NCBI GenBank assembly: GCA_965248195.1
Contig: CBDFIQ010000002.1
Coordinates: 640,001 to 704,000, forward strand
DNA length: 64,000 nt
Source of the DNA: Longimicrobiales bacterium
Lineage (GTDB): Bacteria > Gemmatimonadota > Gemmatimonadetes > Longimicrobiales > Gaopeijiaceae
Reading direction: 5' to 3'
Shown: positions 9,751 through 19,625 of the stretch, piece by piece
Layout of the letters: each line of letters begins with the position of its first letter
How positions within the stretch are numbered: position 1 is the stretch's first letter
The notes under the pieces: generated by a model
What the model saw: only the letters and a program-made list of their open reading frames with translations
What the model was told of the DNA's origin: nothing
The model's database searches: none
Position numbers and translations under genes: made by a program

Positions 9751-10905
9751 TCATGGAAGCCACAGAACGGGATCCGGGTAGAATTGCGAGAACGCGAACC
9801 AGAACGACACATAGGCCTCGGCAATCTTGTCAAGGCTCTCACCCACAAACGGGCCGGAGAGCGCCTCCCCCGCAATGCTCCACTGACTCCCCGTCTCTAG
9901 ATCCACGAAGGCGCCGTCCCTTACCTCGAAGGTCAGTGCCTGGCCGGCGATCGTAGTCCCATACGCCATCGCCGCAGCCGCTTCGTTATCCCAGAACACG
10001 ATGATCGGCAGGCTGATGGCGCTGGCCTCATCGGCGCTGCCAGCGGTCGCGTGGATCGCCGCGAGGTCGCCGACGCTGCGGAGGGCGCCGAAGGGGAAGG
10101 CGATCCCGCCCCCATCCTTATACGGGATTCCTAGCACCCGCTCCTTCGGAGGTCTCCGATCATCGAACTCATCGAGGGGGGCTAGCGTGGCTATGTTGTC
10201 CTCCACTTCATAGTCCCCATACGGATAGAGTGTGTAGGCCCTCCCGCCCCGCCCCAACCCGGTTTCGCCGCTCACGACCCGGGAGTCCGGATGGAGCTCC
10301 ACCCAGTCGGCCCACTCGATCTCCAGAGACGGGTACATCTTCAGGCGATCACGCTCCGAGGGGCCGCAGTGCCCTACTGCCAGCATCTGGGGCCACAGGG
10401 TCTCCTCTATGTCCGGACCCGCGCGGTCGTACATCACCAGATTGTTCTTGAAGAGAAACCCAGATACGCCGAATTCGTCACCGTCTATGTTCTGGCGATG
10501 AAAGACCATGCTGGACCCGGTGAAGGGGCAGTAGGTGATCGCCAGGCCGAGCTCGTTCATATTCACGATCTCATGCCACCAGAGGACGTTATGCGGAAAG
10601 GCCAAGTACTCGCCGTCGATTTCGATCCCGATCACACGGTCGGTGGGGAGCAGGTAGTCGGTATCCCTATGATCCGGCGAGACAAAATTAGGGTTCGAAA
10701 GCGCAGGAATTGCGTCCCTCGGAAGCACCGAGGTGAGATCCATCTGAAGTTCTTCGCACAGCGCGGTGAGCGCGGCCTCTTCTCCTCCACCACCACCCCC
10801 GCCCCCAGACGGTCGCACCGCATCTGAGCACGCCGCTACGGCCACCGTGGCCAAAGCCATGCGGGAGCAGAGGAAGGAAACTCTCTCGGACCTTTTTTCC
10901 CCCAT
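9751..10905 (-). CDS. DUF3179-domain lipoprotein, copy 2 (start 10905 or 10860)
   Basis: Lipobox VAAC; same DUF3179 motifs, with long stretches identical to copy 1 such as GGGIAFPFGALRSVGDLAAIH. Confidence 0.85.
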   Translation of the reverse strand: MGEKRSERVSFLCSRMALATVAVAACSDAVRPSGGGGGGGGEEAALTALCEELQMDLTSVLPRDAIPALSNPNFVSPDHRDTDYLLPTDRVIGIEIDGEYLAFPHNVLWWHEIVNMNELGLAITYCPFTGSSMVFHRQNIDGDEFGVSGFLFKNNLVMYDRAGPDIEETLWPQMLAVGHCGPSERDRLKMYPSLEIEWADWVELHPDSRVVSGETGLGRGGRAYTLYPYGDYEVEDNIATLAPLDEFDDRRPPKERVLGIPYKDGGGIAFPFGALRSVGDLAAIHATAGSADEASAISLPIIVFWDNEAAAAMAYGTTIAGQALTFEVRDGAFVDLETGSQWSIAGEALSGPFVGESLDKIAEAYVSFWFAFSQFYPDPVLWLP

Positions 10906-11173
10906 GTTTCGACCCCACTCAGCTGCCCAGACGACACGCTCCTTCAAGCCCTTCGCGCGGCGCGCGAATGCAGGAAGCGTCAATCTGTTGCCGAACCCAT
11001 ACCCCGCCCGAACAGTTCCCCCGCGCAACCAAACCCGTGCTGGCAGGTGATCTGGAGCCGGGTTCCCTTGCAGTTCCCGACACGACCCGACATCGTCGCG
11101 GTGCGCGGGGCCGCTGCCGTGTGGCTCCGTGACGCTCGAGCGGTCTACCTCTTCCCCTACACGACGACCGAAA

Positions 11174-11542
11174 ATGAGAGCCATTGACCACGCCAGCCTG
11201 CCCCACGGCGCCGCAGACGAGGACCACTTCGTACGCCCCGCCCTGATGCAGCCCCTACTTGGCCGCGCCGACGGGCTGCCGGTACGGGTGTACCGCGTCA
11301 CCTTTGGTGAGGGTGGCCGGACCAACTGGCACAAACACGACGACGTTCAGGTGCTCTACGGGCTGAGCGGTACCTGCGTCGTTGTCGACCGCGAGGGCAA
11401 CGAGCTTCGGCTCCACACGGGGGACGTGGTCGTGATCGACCCGGACGAAGAGCACTGGCACGGTGCGGCCCCGGGAAAGGCGGGCGAACACCTCGCGATC
11501 AACGCGGGGGAGGAAACGACTTGGCTGGAGTCCTCGGCTTAG
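11174..11542 (+). CDS. Cupin domain protein
   Basis: VTFGEGGRTNWHKH...QVL...GDVVVI.P.EEHWHGAAP. Confidence 0.88.
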   Translation: MRAIDHASLPHGAADEDHFVRPALMQPLLGRADGLPVRVYRVTFGEGGRTNWHKHDDVQVLYGLSGTCVVVDREGNELRLHTGDVVVIDPDEEHWHGAAPGKAGEHLAINAGEETTWLESSA

Positions 11543-11617
11543 TCGACCCTAGCCGCGGGTAAGCTCCGCGCCAAACGCGCCGTCAGCCACCATCTGCGGA
11601 CGCGGAACCCGGGGGCC

Positions 11618-12607
11618 TCAGGCGTCGCGCACGGCCCTCTTCACGAGGTTCTCCATGAGCGGCACCTTGAAGTGGTTGTACCGCAAGGGCTCCGCTCCGG
11701 CTACGGCTTCTGCGCCCGCCATGGCAGCGGTCTCCTCGTTCTGGACGCGGCCTCTCACGAGGTCCTCGACGTCCGTCAGGCGCCGAGGGATGCACTCGAC
11801 GGCACCCACGACGATGCGGGCGTCGGCGATTCGGCCTCCCTCGAGCCGGAGCGCAGCGGCTACGTTCACGAGCGGGAAGTCCCAGGCACCCCGGTCCGCC
11901 ACCTTCTCGAAGTAGAAGTTGGCTCCGGCCCAGGTGTTGGGAATACGGATGGTCGTCAGCAGATCCTCGGGCTCGAGGACCGTCATGCGTTGGATGTCGA
12001 CGGCGGGTGTCATGAAGAAGTCCTCCGCAGACACCACCCGCTCTCCGCGGGAGTTGCGAATCACCATCTCCGCTTCGAGCGCCACCAGCGCGGGTCCGGG
12101 ATCGGACGGAGTTACGGCCACGCACCGGTTGGCTCCGAAGATGGCATGCTCCCGATTCATGGCCTCCGGGGCGCTCGCGTAGCACGTGTTGCCACCGGCC
12201 CTGTAGCATGCCAGCCCGAAGCGGTAATACCAGCATCGGGTGTCCTGTAGCACGTTGCCGCCCAGGGTGCCCGAGTTACGGATCTGGGGGCTCGCGACCA
12301 TGAGAGCCGCCTCCGCGAGCAACCCGAACCTCTCCTGGATGACCGGATGGCGCTCAATTTCGGTGAGGGTAGTCATCGCTCCGAGCTCGATTCCTTCAGC
12401 GGTCTCACGGACCCCATGAAGCTCGGCGATCCCAGCGAGGTCGATCACGGCCGTAGGCTGTTTCCCCCGATCCTTGAACCAGCCCAGGCTGTCGTGCCCC
12501 CCGGCGATGGTCCAGCACTCCTCCCCATAACGATCCAGGAGATCGAACGCATTGTCCACATCTACGGGTTGAAAAAGCTCGAAGTGCGACATCATGTCGT
12601 TCAGCAT
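11618..12607 (-). CDS. Xanthine dehydrogenase family FAD-binding subunit (PaoB/YagS-like, with 4Fe-4S insertion)
   Basis: IAGGHD, ASPQIRNSGTLGGN, RCWYYR...C..AGGNTC...C cysteine cluster. Confidence 0.9.
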   Translation of the reverse strand: MLNDMMSHFELFQPVDVDNAFDLLDRYGEECWTIAGGHDSLGWFKDRGKQPTAVIDLAGIAELHGVRETAEGIELGAMTTLTEIERHPVIQERFGLLAEAALMVASPQIRNSGTLGGNVLQDTRCWYYRFGLACYRAGGNTCYASAPEAMNREHAIFGANRCVAVTPSDPGPALVALEAEMVIRNSRGERVVSAEDFFMTPAVDIQRMTVLEPEDLLTTIRIPNTWAGANFYFEKVADRGAWDFPLVNVAAALRLEGGRIADARIVVGAVECIPRRLTDVEDLVRGRVQNEETAAMAGAEAVAGAEPLRYNHFKVPLMENLVKRAVRDA

Positions 12608-12629
12608 GCGTGGCTCTCCTTCAACATGC

Positions 12630-12669
12630 GGGTGCCTGTCATTGGGCGCCTGTCATTGGGTGCCTGTCA
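12630..12669. repeat. 14-bp tandem repeat, about 2.9 copies, between the Mo and FAD subunit genes
   Basis: GGGTGCCTGTCATT GGGCGCCTGTCATT GGGTGCCTGTCA. Confidence 0.8.
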
Positions 12670-12697
12670 GCGGGTTCTCACTCATGGGGCTGCTCCC

Positions 12698-15124
12698 TCA
12701 CGCCGTGTTAACCTGTAGCGGGCTGTGAGATTGTGCCTGCCCCGAGGCGGCATTCACGATCATGTCCGGCACGATCGGTGCTCGATTGAAGTAGTGGCCG
12801 TCCATGGCGTCGGAGATCGCGCACAACAGCGCGGCCGCCGCACATCCCATGGTCGGCTCACCGATTCCCTTCGACCCGACCGGGCTCTGGGGATCGGCTA
12901 TGTCCACTGCGTTCCACTGCATCTCGAGTGGAACGTCCAGATACGTCGGGGGCTTGATCTGGTGAAAGCCGACCGTGCCCGGCAGACCGTAATGTGTGTC
13001 GTAGATATGGCGCTCGAGGGCTGCCATGCCGAAACCCATCACGGCGCCGCCTTTGATCTGCGCCGACAGTCCCATGGGATGCATCACCGTTCCGCAGTCC
13101 GCGACGCCCAGGTAGTCGATGATCTCGAACTGGCCGGTCTCGACGTCCAACTCGATCTCGATGAACCCGGCCGCCAGGGCGGGAACGGTGCCGTTTTTCG
13201 GGATATTGTCCCGCGCCACCCCGATCAAGCCCGTACCGGCGATCACCTCCACGGCGCTCGCGGTCATCGGGTTGATGTCGTCGGGCACCTCCTCACCGCT
13301 GAAGCGTCCCCCGAGTTGCACAGCCCTCTGAGCCGCAGCCGCGTACGTAAGGCGCCGCGACGGATTTGCGCTCGCGAAGACGGATTCATTACCGATATCG
13401 TAGTCCCCGGGCGAGCCTCCGAGGTCGCGCGCCGCGAGCTCTTTGAGCTTCTGGACGGCGTCCATGGCCGAGGCGTAATTGGCGCGGGTCTCCGTGAAGG
13501 ATGTGTTGCTCCCGAACTGACCTAGAGTCCAGGGGAGACCGCTGCTGGAGTTACCGCGGACGATCTCGACGTTCTCCCAGTCGTAACCGAGCACCTCCGC
13601 CGCGACCCGGGACGTGCTGGCGTACGAGTACGTACCCAGATTTCCCGCGCCGGTGTGGACGTGCAACTTTCCGTCCGGTGCGATGCGCAAGAGCCCGTCG
13701 AATCCGTTATTCCCGGCGGCGTGGAACGCTTGCCCGACCGCGACACCCGTGACCTTGGAGCCACGACGCTGCCCACTGCGGGCGCGCCTGGCCTCCCAGC
13801 CGAACTGCTCAGCCCCAATGTCGAGCGCCTCGCGTTGATAAGCGCTGGTGACCGGACCCTGGCTGGCACCATACCCGGCACTGTTGTCCGGGGCATTGAT
13901 TCGGCGAATGGCTACGAGGTCGAGACCCAGCTGGCGGGCTGCCTTGTCGAGAATCGGTTCGACAGCGCAGGCCAGTTGGTTCTGCCCTGGCCCCCTCTGG
14001 GCCCCCGTGGGCGGTGTGTTGGTCAGGACGGGAACCCCTCGGAAGCGCATCGCGGGCGGCGTGTAGACGATGGACATCGCGCCTCCGGCGGAGTTGTAGT
14101 CACCCCCACCGGAGTTGGGTCCGTTGTTCTGGACGATGTACAGGTCGGCTGCCGTGATCCGCCCGTCAGCCCGGAACCCGATCTTGAGCCGGCCCTGGAA
14201 AGCGGGTCGGCAGGAGCCGATAAAGTTCTCCTCCGCTCGGCTGATGCGCATGAGCACGGGCCGGCCGGTCTTCCTCGCCATGTAGGCCGGAATCCCCATC
14301 ACGGGGTAGGCGCCCCCCTTCGACCCGAACCCACCACCACAGAACTCCGCGACGTAGACGAGGTCCTCCGGCTCGATCTCGAGGAGGGCGGCCAGCCCCG
14401 GAACCACGTAGGCCTGGCTCTGGGTCGAGCCGTACACGTAGCACTTCCCGTTCTGCCAGTACGCCATGGCGGTGCGTGGCTCCATGGAGTTATGCGACGT
14501 GCCCGCGGTGATGAAGGACTCGTCGAGCACGAGCGCGGCGTTCGCGAAGCCCGCCTCGACGTCGCCGTACGACCAGTCCGTCATGGGCCGGCCCATGGGC
14601 ATCTGGCCCTCACCTGCGGCCGCGAAGTCTTCTGCGGTCCACTTGATCTCCCCCACGCCCTCGTTCGTGTCGACCTCCGCCACGGTCTCGCGCCCCTGCG
14701 GCATATTTCCCGTTGTCCTGGCGTTCGGGCCGTCCGGACGCAGGCTCTCGAGCGGATCCACGCAGAACGGAAGCGGCTCCAGATCCACGTTGATGGCCGC
14801 GATGGCGTTCTGGGCCGTGGTCTCGTCGACCGCCGCCACCGCGAGGATCGGCGCGCCTACGTAGAGCGGCTCGTTCGTGAGGATGGTATTACCCGGCGCG
14901 GCCACGTCGGGCAGCTCGTCGGCGGTCAGAATCGCGACGACGCCCTCCATGTTGAGCGCCTCGGACGCGTCGATGTTCCGGACGCGCGCGTGCGGCATGG
15001 GGCTCGTCAGAAGCCGGCAGAACAACATACCGTCCGCGCGGAAATCTTCGGCATATTTCGCTCGCCCGGTCACCTTCGCGTGAACATCCGGTGGCGTGAA
15101 GTCTCGACCTAACAGGTGTGCCAT
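12698..15124 (-). CDS. Xanthine dehydrogenase family molybdopterin-binding subunit
   Basis: KVTGRAKYAED, MEPR, GGGFGSKG, AQRGPG, QIKGG..MG, KGIGEP (catalytic Glu). Confidence 0.92.
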   Translation of the reverse strand: MAHLLGRDFTPPDVHAKVTGRAKYAEDFRADGMLFCRLLTSPMPHARVRNIDASEALNMEGVVAILTADELPDVAAPGNTILTNEPLYVGAPILAVAAVDETTAQNAIAAINVDLEPLPFCVDPLESLRPDGPNARTTGNMPQGRETVAEVDTNEGVGEIKWTAEDFAAAGEGQMPMGRPMTDWSYGDVEAGFANAALVLDESFITAGTSHNSMEPRTAMAYWQNGKCYVYGSTQSQAYVVPGLAALLEIEPEDLVYVAEFCGGGFGSKGGAYPVMGIPAYMARKTGRPVLMRISRAEENFIGSCRPAFQGRLKIGFRADGRITAADLYIVQNNGPNSGGGDYNSAGGAMSIVYTPPAMRFRGVPVLTNTPPTGAQRGPGQNQLACAVEPILDKAARQLGLDLVAIRRINAPDNSAGYGASQGPVTSAYQREALDIGAEQFGWEARRARSGQRRGSKVTGVAVGQAFHAAGNNGFDGLLRIAPDGKLHVHTGAGNLGTYSYASTSRVAAEVLGYDWENVEIVRGNSSSGLPWTLGQFGSNTSFTETRANYASAMDAVQKLKELAARDLGGSPGDYDIGNESVFASANPSRRLTYAAAAQRAVQLGGRFSGEEVPDDINPMTASAVEVIAGTGLIGVARDNIPKNGTVPALAAGFIEIELDVETGQFEIIDYLGVADCGTVMHPMGLSAQIKGGAVMGFGMAALERHIYDTHYGLPGTVGFHQIKPPTYLDVPLEMQWNAVDIADPQSPVGSKGIGEPTMGCAAAALLCAISDAMDGHYFNRAPIVPDMIVNAASGQAQSHSPLQVNTA

Positions 15125-15125
15125 C

Positions 15126-15848
15126 TCACACCTCCCCTGCTGCGCGCATGATTCCATTGAGATAGTGGTCGTAGGCGCCGCACCGGCAGACATTTCCCGA
15201 CATCGCCTGGCGCGCCTCCTCCCGGGTCGGATTCGGGTTGGCCGTCAGAAGACCCACGGCCGCCATCACCTGGCCCGGCGTGCAAAAGCCGCACTGGGGT
15301 CCCAACTCGTCCATGAATCCCTGTTGGACGGGGTGGAGCTCCCCGGTGGGACTCTCCAATCCCTCCACCGTCGTGATCTCCTTCCCGCGAACGCGCTGCG
15401 TCAGCGTGGAGCACGAGTAGTGCGTCACGTCGTCGATCAACACCGTGCAGGCCCCGCACTCCGCGCGGTCACAGCCGAGCTTTGTGCCCGTGAGCCCGAG
15501 CTTGTAGCGCAGGGTCATCGCGAGCGTCTCGTTGGGAAGCACATCGACGCGGCGGGTCTGTCCGTTGACGTTCAACGAGATCAGGCGCTCTACCGCACCG
15601 GCCTGAAGAGTCGGCCTGGAAGCGGCGGAGGCCAAGTATGGCACTCCCGATACTGCCACCCCCGAGGCGATGACGCCCTTGATGAAGTTTCTCCGGGACC
15701 AATGCGCGCGGCCCTCGAGCCACTCGAACGGCGCACCGTCGAGGGAGGGGTCAGCGCACGTCGGGATCTCCGACTCCGCGGGGTGGAGGGGGGATGGGCT
15801 CGCACTCGATCCTGCGAGACCGACGTCGAAGGGGTTCCTTTCGGACAT
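15126..15848 (-). CDS. 2Fe-2S subunit with Tat signal (PaoA/YagT-like)
   Basis: SRRNFIK twin-arginine motif; GCDRAECGACT, QCGFCTPG, GNVCRCG. Confidence 0.92.
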   Translation of the reverse strand: MSERNPFDVGLAGSSASPSPLHPAESEIPTCADPSLDGAPFEWLEGRAHWSRRNFIKGVIASGVAVSGVPYLASAASRPTLQAGAVERLISLNVNGQTRRVDVLPNETLAMTLRYKLGLTGTKLGCDRAECGACTVLIDDVTHYSCSTLTQRVRGKEITTVEGLESPTGELHPVQQGFMDELGPQCGFCTPGQVMAAVGLLTANPNPTREEARQAMSGNVCRCGAYDHYLNGIMRAAGEV

Positions 15849-15999
15849 GGGCACCGCTCCCTGCTGAGGCTCAGGTGTTCATTGTATGGCGAATCGGCAT
15901 GGGAGACAACCTTTTTGCGCGATGCTCCGCCATCTTTCGCGATGTCCCGCACCTAGTGGGATGATGCGGTCCTCTCCCCGCCAACCCGCCAGTCCGGTC

Positions 16000-16527
16000 C
16001 TAATGCCCTACCTCGATCTGGAGTGGGATGATCGTGTTACCCCAGTGGAAGCGTAGCGTCGCCTCCTCGGGCCCGACCACCGGAAAATAGTAAGCCAGGA
16101 CCTCCATGTGTGATCCGGCCTCCGGCTCAACCATCGTCCGAAAGACCTCGGCCCCAAATGGAAACAAACCGTGATCCGTGTCCCAGTCGCGGACGACAAT
16201 GATCTCCCAAGGCCTGTTCTCCTTTGGCACCATCCAAATCGCGTAACGTCCTGCTTGGAGAGCGTGACCCTCGACGGTCACAGGCTTGGAAAAGTCGATC
16301 CAGGTCGCCCGGTTCGCTCCTGGCGTCCAGATCGCGTCCCATTCTACCAGAGCCCCGAAGAGTTCACGCCCCCGCGCCACGGGACGATCGTACTCCATCG
16401 TGATCACCGTCGTGTAGACGGTTTGGGCGACGACGGCGTGTTGGCTCGCTTGCTGCGAGGAAGCGGGAAGGGAGCCCACCGCCGCCGCAAAGGTTACTAT
16501 GGTGGCAATCATGAGCAGTCGTCGCAT
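16000..16527 (-). CDS. DUF2911 domain secreted protein
   Basis: Signal peptide; Y.RPVARGRELFGALV....WTPGANRAT; LRFHWGNT. Confidence 0.85.
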   Translation of the reverse strand: MRRLLMIATIVTFAAAVGSLPASSQQASQHAVVAQTVYTTVITMEYDRPVARGRELFGALVEWDAIWTPGANRATWIDFSKPVTVEGHALQAGRYAIWMVPKENRPWEIIVVRDWDTDHGLFPFGAEVFRTMVEPEAGSHMEVLAYYFPVVGPEEATLRFHWGNTIIPLQIEVGH

Positions 16528-16704
16528 GTCGGCGTCTCCAATCCAGCGTCGCTGGGAATCGTTGATAGGCGGAACCCGTTCGACCGGGCGGGCGTTCCAA
16601 TGTAAGGCCGCTCGAGGGAGCGGGCATCAGGTGTTGCGATCGAGGCGCGTCCTCGGCAGGTTGGCCGGCAGGATCACCGGAGGAGGGGGGGACGATGAGG
16701 ACCG

Positions 16705-17739
16705 TTGGGGGAGCAGGGGAGGGACGATGAGAGCCATTGGGGCTGCGGCCGCACAATTCGCCTTCGACCTGATCGAGCGCTCCCTGCCTACAGGCTGACT
16801 GCTCCACGCCCCACCCACCCATCCCCATTGACGGTGGTAATCGCCTTCGCGGCGATTTATCTCATCTGGGGCTCCACCTACCTGGCGATTCGATTTGCCA
16901 TCGAAACGCTTCCCCCATTTGCGATGGCGGCGTTTCGTTTCACCGTAGCCGGCGGAATTCTCTACGCCATCGCTCGACCGCGCACGGAGCGGCCCACGAG
17001 GCTCAACTGGTTCTCGGCGGGGGTCGTGGGCACACTCTTGCTCGCAGGAGGCAACGGTGGCGTGGTATGGGCCGAACAGTGGGTCCCGTCCGGGCTCGCC
17101 GCACTGATTATCGCCACCGTTCCGCTTTGGATGGTTCTGTTCGATTGGCTGTTTGCGGGCGGCCCCCGCCCAAGCAAGGCGCTAATGGCTGGTCTGGTCT
17201 GGGGCCTGTGCGGGGTGGGGCTGCTGATGAGCTCGACCGAGGTCGGCGCCCAGAGCCGTGAGGGATTGCTGGGAGGTCTCGTAGTGCTGGGCGCTTCCGT
17301 CTCGTGGGCGGCTGGCTCGATCTACGCGAGGAAGGCGCCGCTTCCGCGGTCCCCGTTCCTCGCGACAGCGATGCAGATGATCATGGGTGGTCTCGTACTG
17401 GCGCTCGTGGCGGCGATCGCCGGAGAGGGCGGACAACTCCATCTTTCTGCGTTCTCGATGAAGTCCATGTTGGCGCTCGCCTATCTGATCGTGTTTGGTG
17501 CACTGATCGCCTTCACGGCGTACATCTGGCTCCTCGGCGTGAGCACGCCGGCTCGCGTCTCCACCTACGCGTATGTAAATCCTGCGGTAGCCGTTCTCCT
17601 CGGTTGGGGGCTGGCCAATGAGCGACTCGACGTGAGGGCCGCACTGGCCGTCCTCATTATTCTATCCGCCGTCGCGCTGGTCTCGGTAAGGGGTGGGGAT
17701 ACGAGGCGTTCCAGTGTCCTGAGGCAGAAGGCTAGCTGA
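16705..17739 (+). CDS. EamA/DMT family transporter, YedA-like (true start probably about 16800-16830)
   Basis: IYLIWGSTYLAIR, about 10 TM segments, STYAYVNPAVAVLLG. Confidence 0.9.
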   Translation: MGEQGRDDESHWGCGRTIRLRPDRALPAYRLTAPRPTHPSPLTVVIAFAAIYLIWGSTYLAIRFAIETLPPFAMAAFRFTVAGGILYAIARPRTERPTRLNWFSAGVVGTLLLAGGNGGVVWAEQWVPSGLAALIIATVPLWMVLFDWLFAGGPRPSKALMAGLVWGLCGVGLLMSSTEVGAQSREGLLGGLVVLGASVSWAAGSIYARKAPLPRSPFLATAMQMIMGGLVLALVAAIAGEGGQLHLSAFSMKSMLALAYLIVFGALIAFTAYIWLLGVSTPARVSTYAYVNPAVAVLLGWGLANERLDVRAALAVLIILSAVALVSVRGGDTRRSSVLRQKAS

Positions 17740-17775
17740 CCACCTCCTTAGACTCTTCACCCGGTTCCTTCGACT

Positions 17776-18642
17776 CTATTCATCCGGCTTCGACGCCTCG
17801 TCCTGCCCTTCGTCCGAATCTGGCTCCTCGTAGGGCGCGTAGGTCCCGAACATGCGCATCTCGTCGGAGGCTTGGTCGAGCGCCTCCAGGCACTCCTGCA
17901 GAGCCTCGATTTCGGGCGCCACGATCTCCATATAGAACCGGTATTTCCAGGGCTCGCCACGGATAGGACGAGCCACGATTTGGCTCATGTCTACACTGTA
18001 GCCGCTGAAGACACCGAGGAGGTTATGCAGGGCCCCGGGCTCATTGGGGATGCCCACGGCCACGGCAGCGCACACCCCCCGGGAATCGGGAACCACACCC
18101 GGGGCGGCCAGCTCGAAGAACCGCGTGTAATTACGATGGTCGTCTTCGACGTCGGTCTGGAGCAAGTGGGCCCCGTAAAGCTCGGCCGCGAGTCGGGAGC
18201 TGATGGCGGCGTCATATGCAACCGAGCCCGCCATCATGTCGCTCACGCTTCCAGCCGTATCGTAGACCACGACGGGCTCGATCTGCGGGTTCTGCTCCAG
18301 CAAATTTCGGCACTGCTGCAGGGCGACGGGGTGGGAAGCCACGGACCGGACATCCTCGAAGGCCACACCCGCTGGCGCCGAAACGCAGAGGCGGATGCGA
18401 ACACGCGTCTCTCCCCGAACCGTCAGGCGGGACGACCATAACAGGTCGAGGCTCTCGACCACCGGGCCCGCCAGGGCGTTCTCGACCGGTATCACCGCAC
18501 GGTCCGCCTCACCGCTGGAGACCGCGTGAAAGGCTTCGGAGAACGTCCTGCATGGTACCAACTGGATGTCGCGCCCTAGCAACCTTTGCGCTGCTTCGTG
18601 GCTGAACGCACCGGCTTCGCCCTGTATGGCGACCTTGGTCAT
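17776..18642 (-). CDS. pheA: Prephenate dehydratase with ACT domain
   Basis: VAIQGEAGAFSHEAA, PVEN, SHPVALQQC, NYTRF, NEPGAL. Confidence 0.9.
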   Translation of the reverse strand: MTKVAIQGEAGAFSHEAAQRLLGRDIQLVPCRTFSEAFHAVSSGEADRAVIPVENALAGPVVESLDLLWSSRLTVRGETRVRIRLCVSAPAGVAFEDVRSVASHPVALQQCRNLLEQNPQIEPVVVYDTAGSVSDMMAGSVAYDAAISSRLAAELYGAHLLQTDVEDDHRNYTRFFELAAPGVVPDSRGVCAAVAVGIPNEPGALHNLLGVFSGYSVDMSQIVARPIRGEPWKYRFYMEIVAPEIEALQECLEALDQASDEMRMFGTYAPYEEPDSDEGQDEASKPDE

Positions 18643-19012
18643 CGCCAACTCTTGCGTGTATGGGCCGAACTCATCCTTCCCGTATTTACGGGTGACGAAG
18701 CCCTTCGCGGGCCTCGGTGAAACGAGCGCTCGTCCGGAAAGTACGGCACATGCGCCGATACTTAGTCGGGCCGGCGCGACCGTGTCAAGATTCGGCTTGG
18801 CAGGGAGACTCAAGTCTCGTCTGAAAACAGCTTGACGGGGGCGTTGGCTTGGACAACCTTTACCGCCTATTCTCAGAATAATCGCGTCTGCCCGCTTCTT
18901 CTTTCGTGGTGAGAACCACGATCCCGACGTGGGGCGCGACCGCGAGTGCCAGGAGGTCGCGAGCTGCGGATCGTCCGCAGTCCCGACCACGACAAAACGG
19001 ATGGAGCAGAAG

Positions 19013-19222
19013 ATGCGTAGCAAAGGAACCGTGAAGTGGTTCAACGATCAGAAGGGGTTCGGATTCATCACTCCGGAAGACGGGACCAAGGATTTGTTTG
19101 TCCACCATAGTGCAATCCAGGCGGAGGGCTTCAAGTCGCTCGCCGAGGGGGAGAGCGTCGAGTTCGACGTGGTGGAGGGAGCCAAAGGTCCCGCCGCTGA
19201 GAACGTTGTGAAGCTTTCGTAG
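19013..19222 (+). CDS. Cold-shock protein (CspA family), copy 1
   Basis: [15 protein letters not shown] and [11 protein letters not shown] motifs. Confidence 0.95.
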   Translation: MRSKGTVKWFNDQKGFGFITPEDGTKDLFVHHSAIQAEGFKSLAEGESVEFDVVEGAKGPAAENVVKLS

Positions 19223-19251
19223 TTCACGGCTAGAGAGCCGTCAAGGAGAAA

Positions 19252-19299
19252 GGGGTCGCCCCTGTGCACGGCCCCTGTGCACGGGGGTGGCCCTTTTTT
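19252..19299 (+). terminator. Intrinsic terminator after csp copy 1
   Basis: GGGTCGCCCCTGTGCAC / GTGCACGGGGGTGGCCC stem followed by TTTTTT. Confidence 0.8.
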
Positions 19300-19302
19300 C
19301 TC

Positions 19303-19607
19303 GGAAGGCTATTGAAGGAGTACAGCGGGTCGCGCACAGGGCGCTTGTGCGCGTTCAGACAAGGAACGACGACGAGGCGTAGCAACGCTACGGCGAGGAG
19401 GAGAGACGCAGGATCAACCGCACAACCGCCCTGTGCCCTCCACCATCTAGGGCATGACCTTACACGTTGGTGGGTTGCGGTGGCACGGCCCCATCTCCGT
19501 TGTTGGAGTTCCTAGCCATAGCTACGGCTATGGCGTCGTCGCTCCGCCTAGGAGCTAGGACCGTGGCATCCGCAACGCGGCCCACTGTACTCCTTCAACA
19601 GCCTTCC
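19303..19607. mobile_element. MITE-like non-coding element with 32-bp terminal inverted repeats and two internal hairpin arms
   Basis: GGAAGGCTATTGAAGGAGTACAGCGGGTCGCG (19303-19334) matches the reverse complement of 19576-19607 at 29/32; internal palindromes CGTAGC-AAC-GCTACG and GCCATAGC-TACG-GCTATGGC. Confidence 0.7.
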
Positions 19608-19625
19608 AACCCCTTCGAGAGGTTT

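Noticed and set aside
6315..10905. Selenoprotein forms of DUF3179
   Set aside because: Both copies have Cys in TYCP and no in-frame TGA.
16686..16742. Imperfect 32-bp-period direct repeat (GGGACGATGAG...TTGGGG) upstream of the EamA gene
   Set aside because: Only two degenerate copies in G-rich sequence, with no supporting evidence of function.
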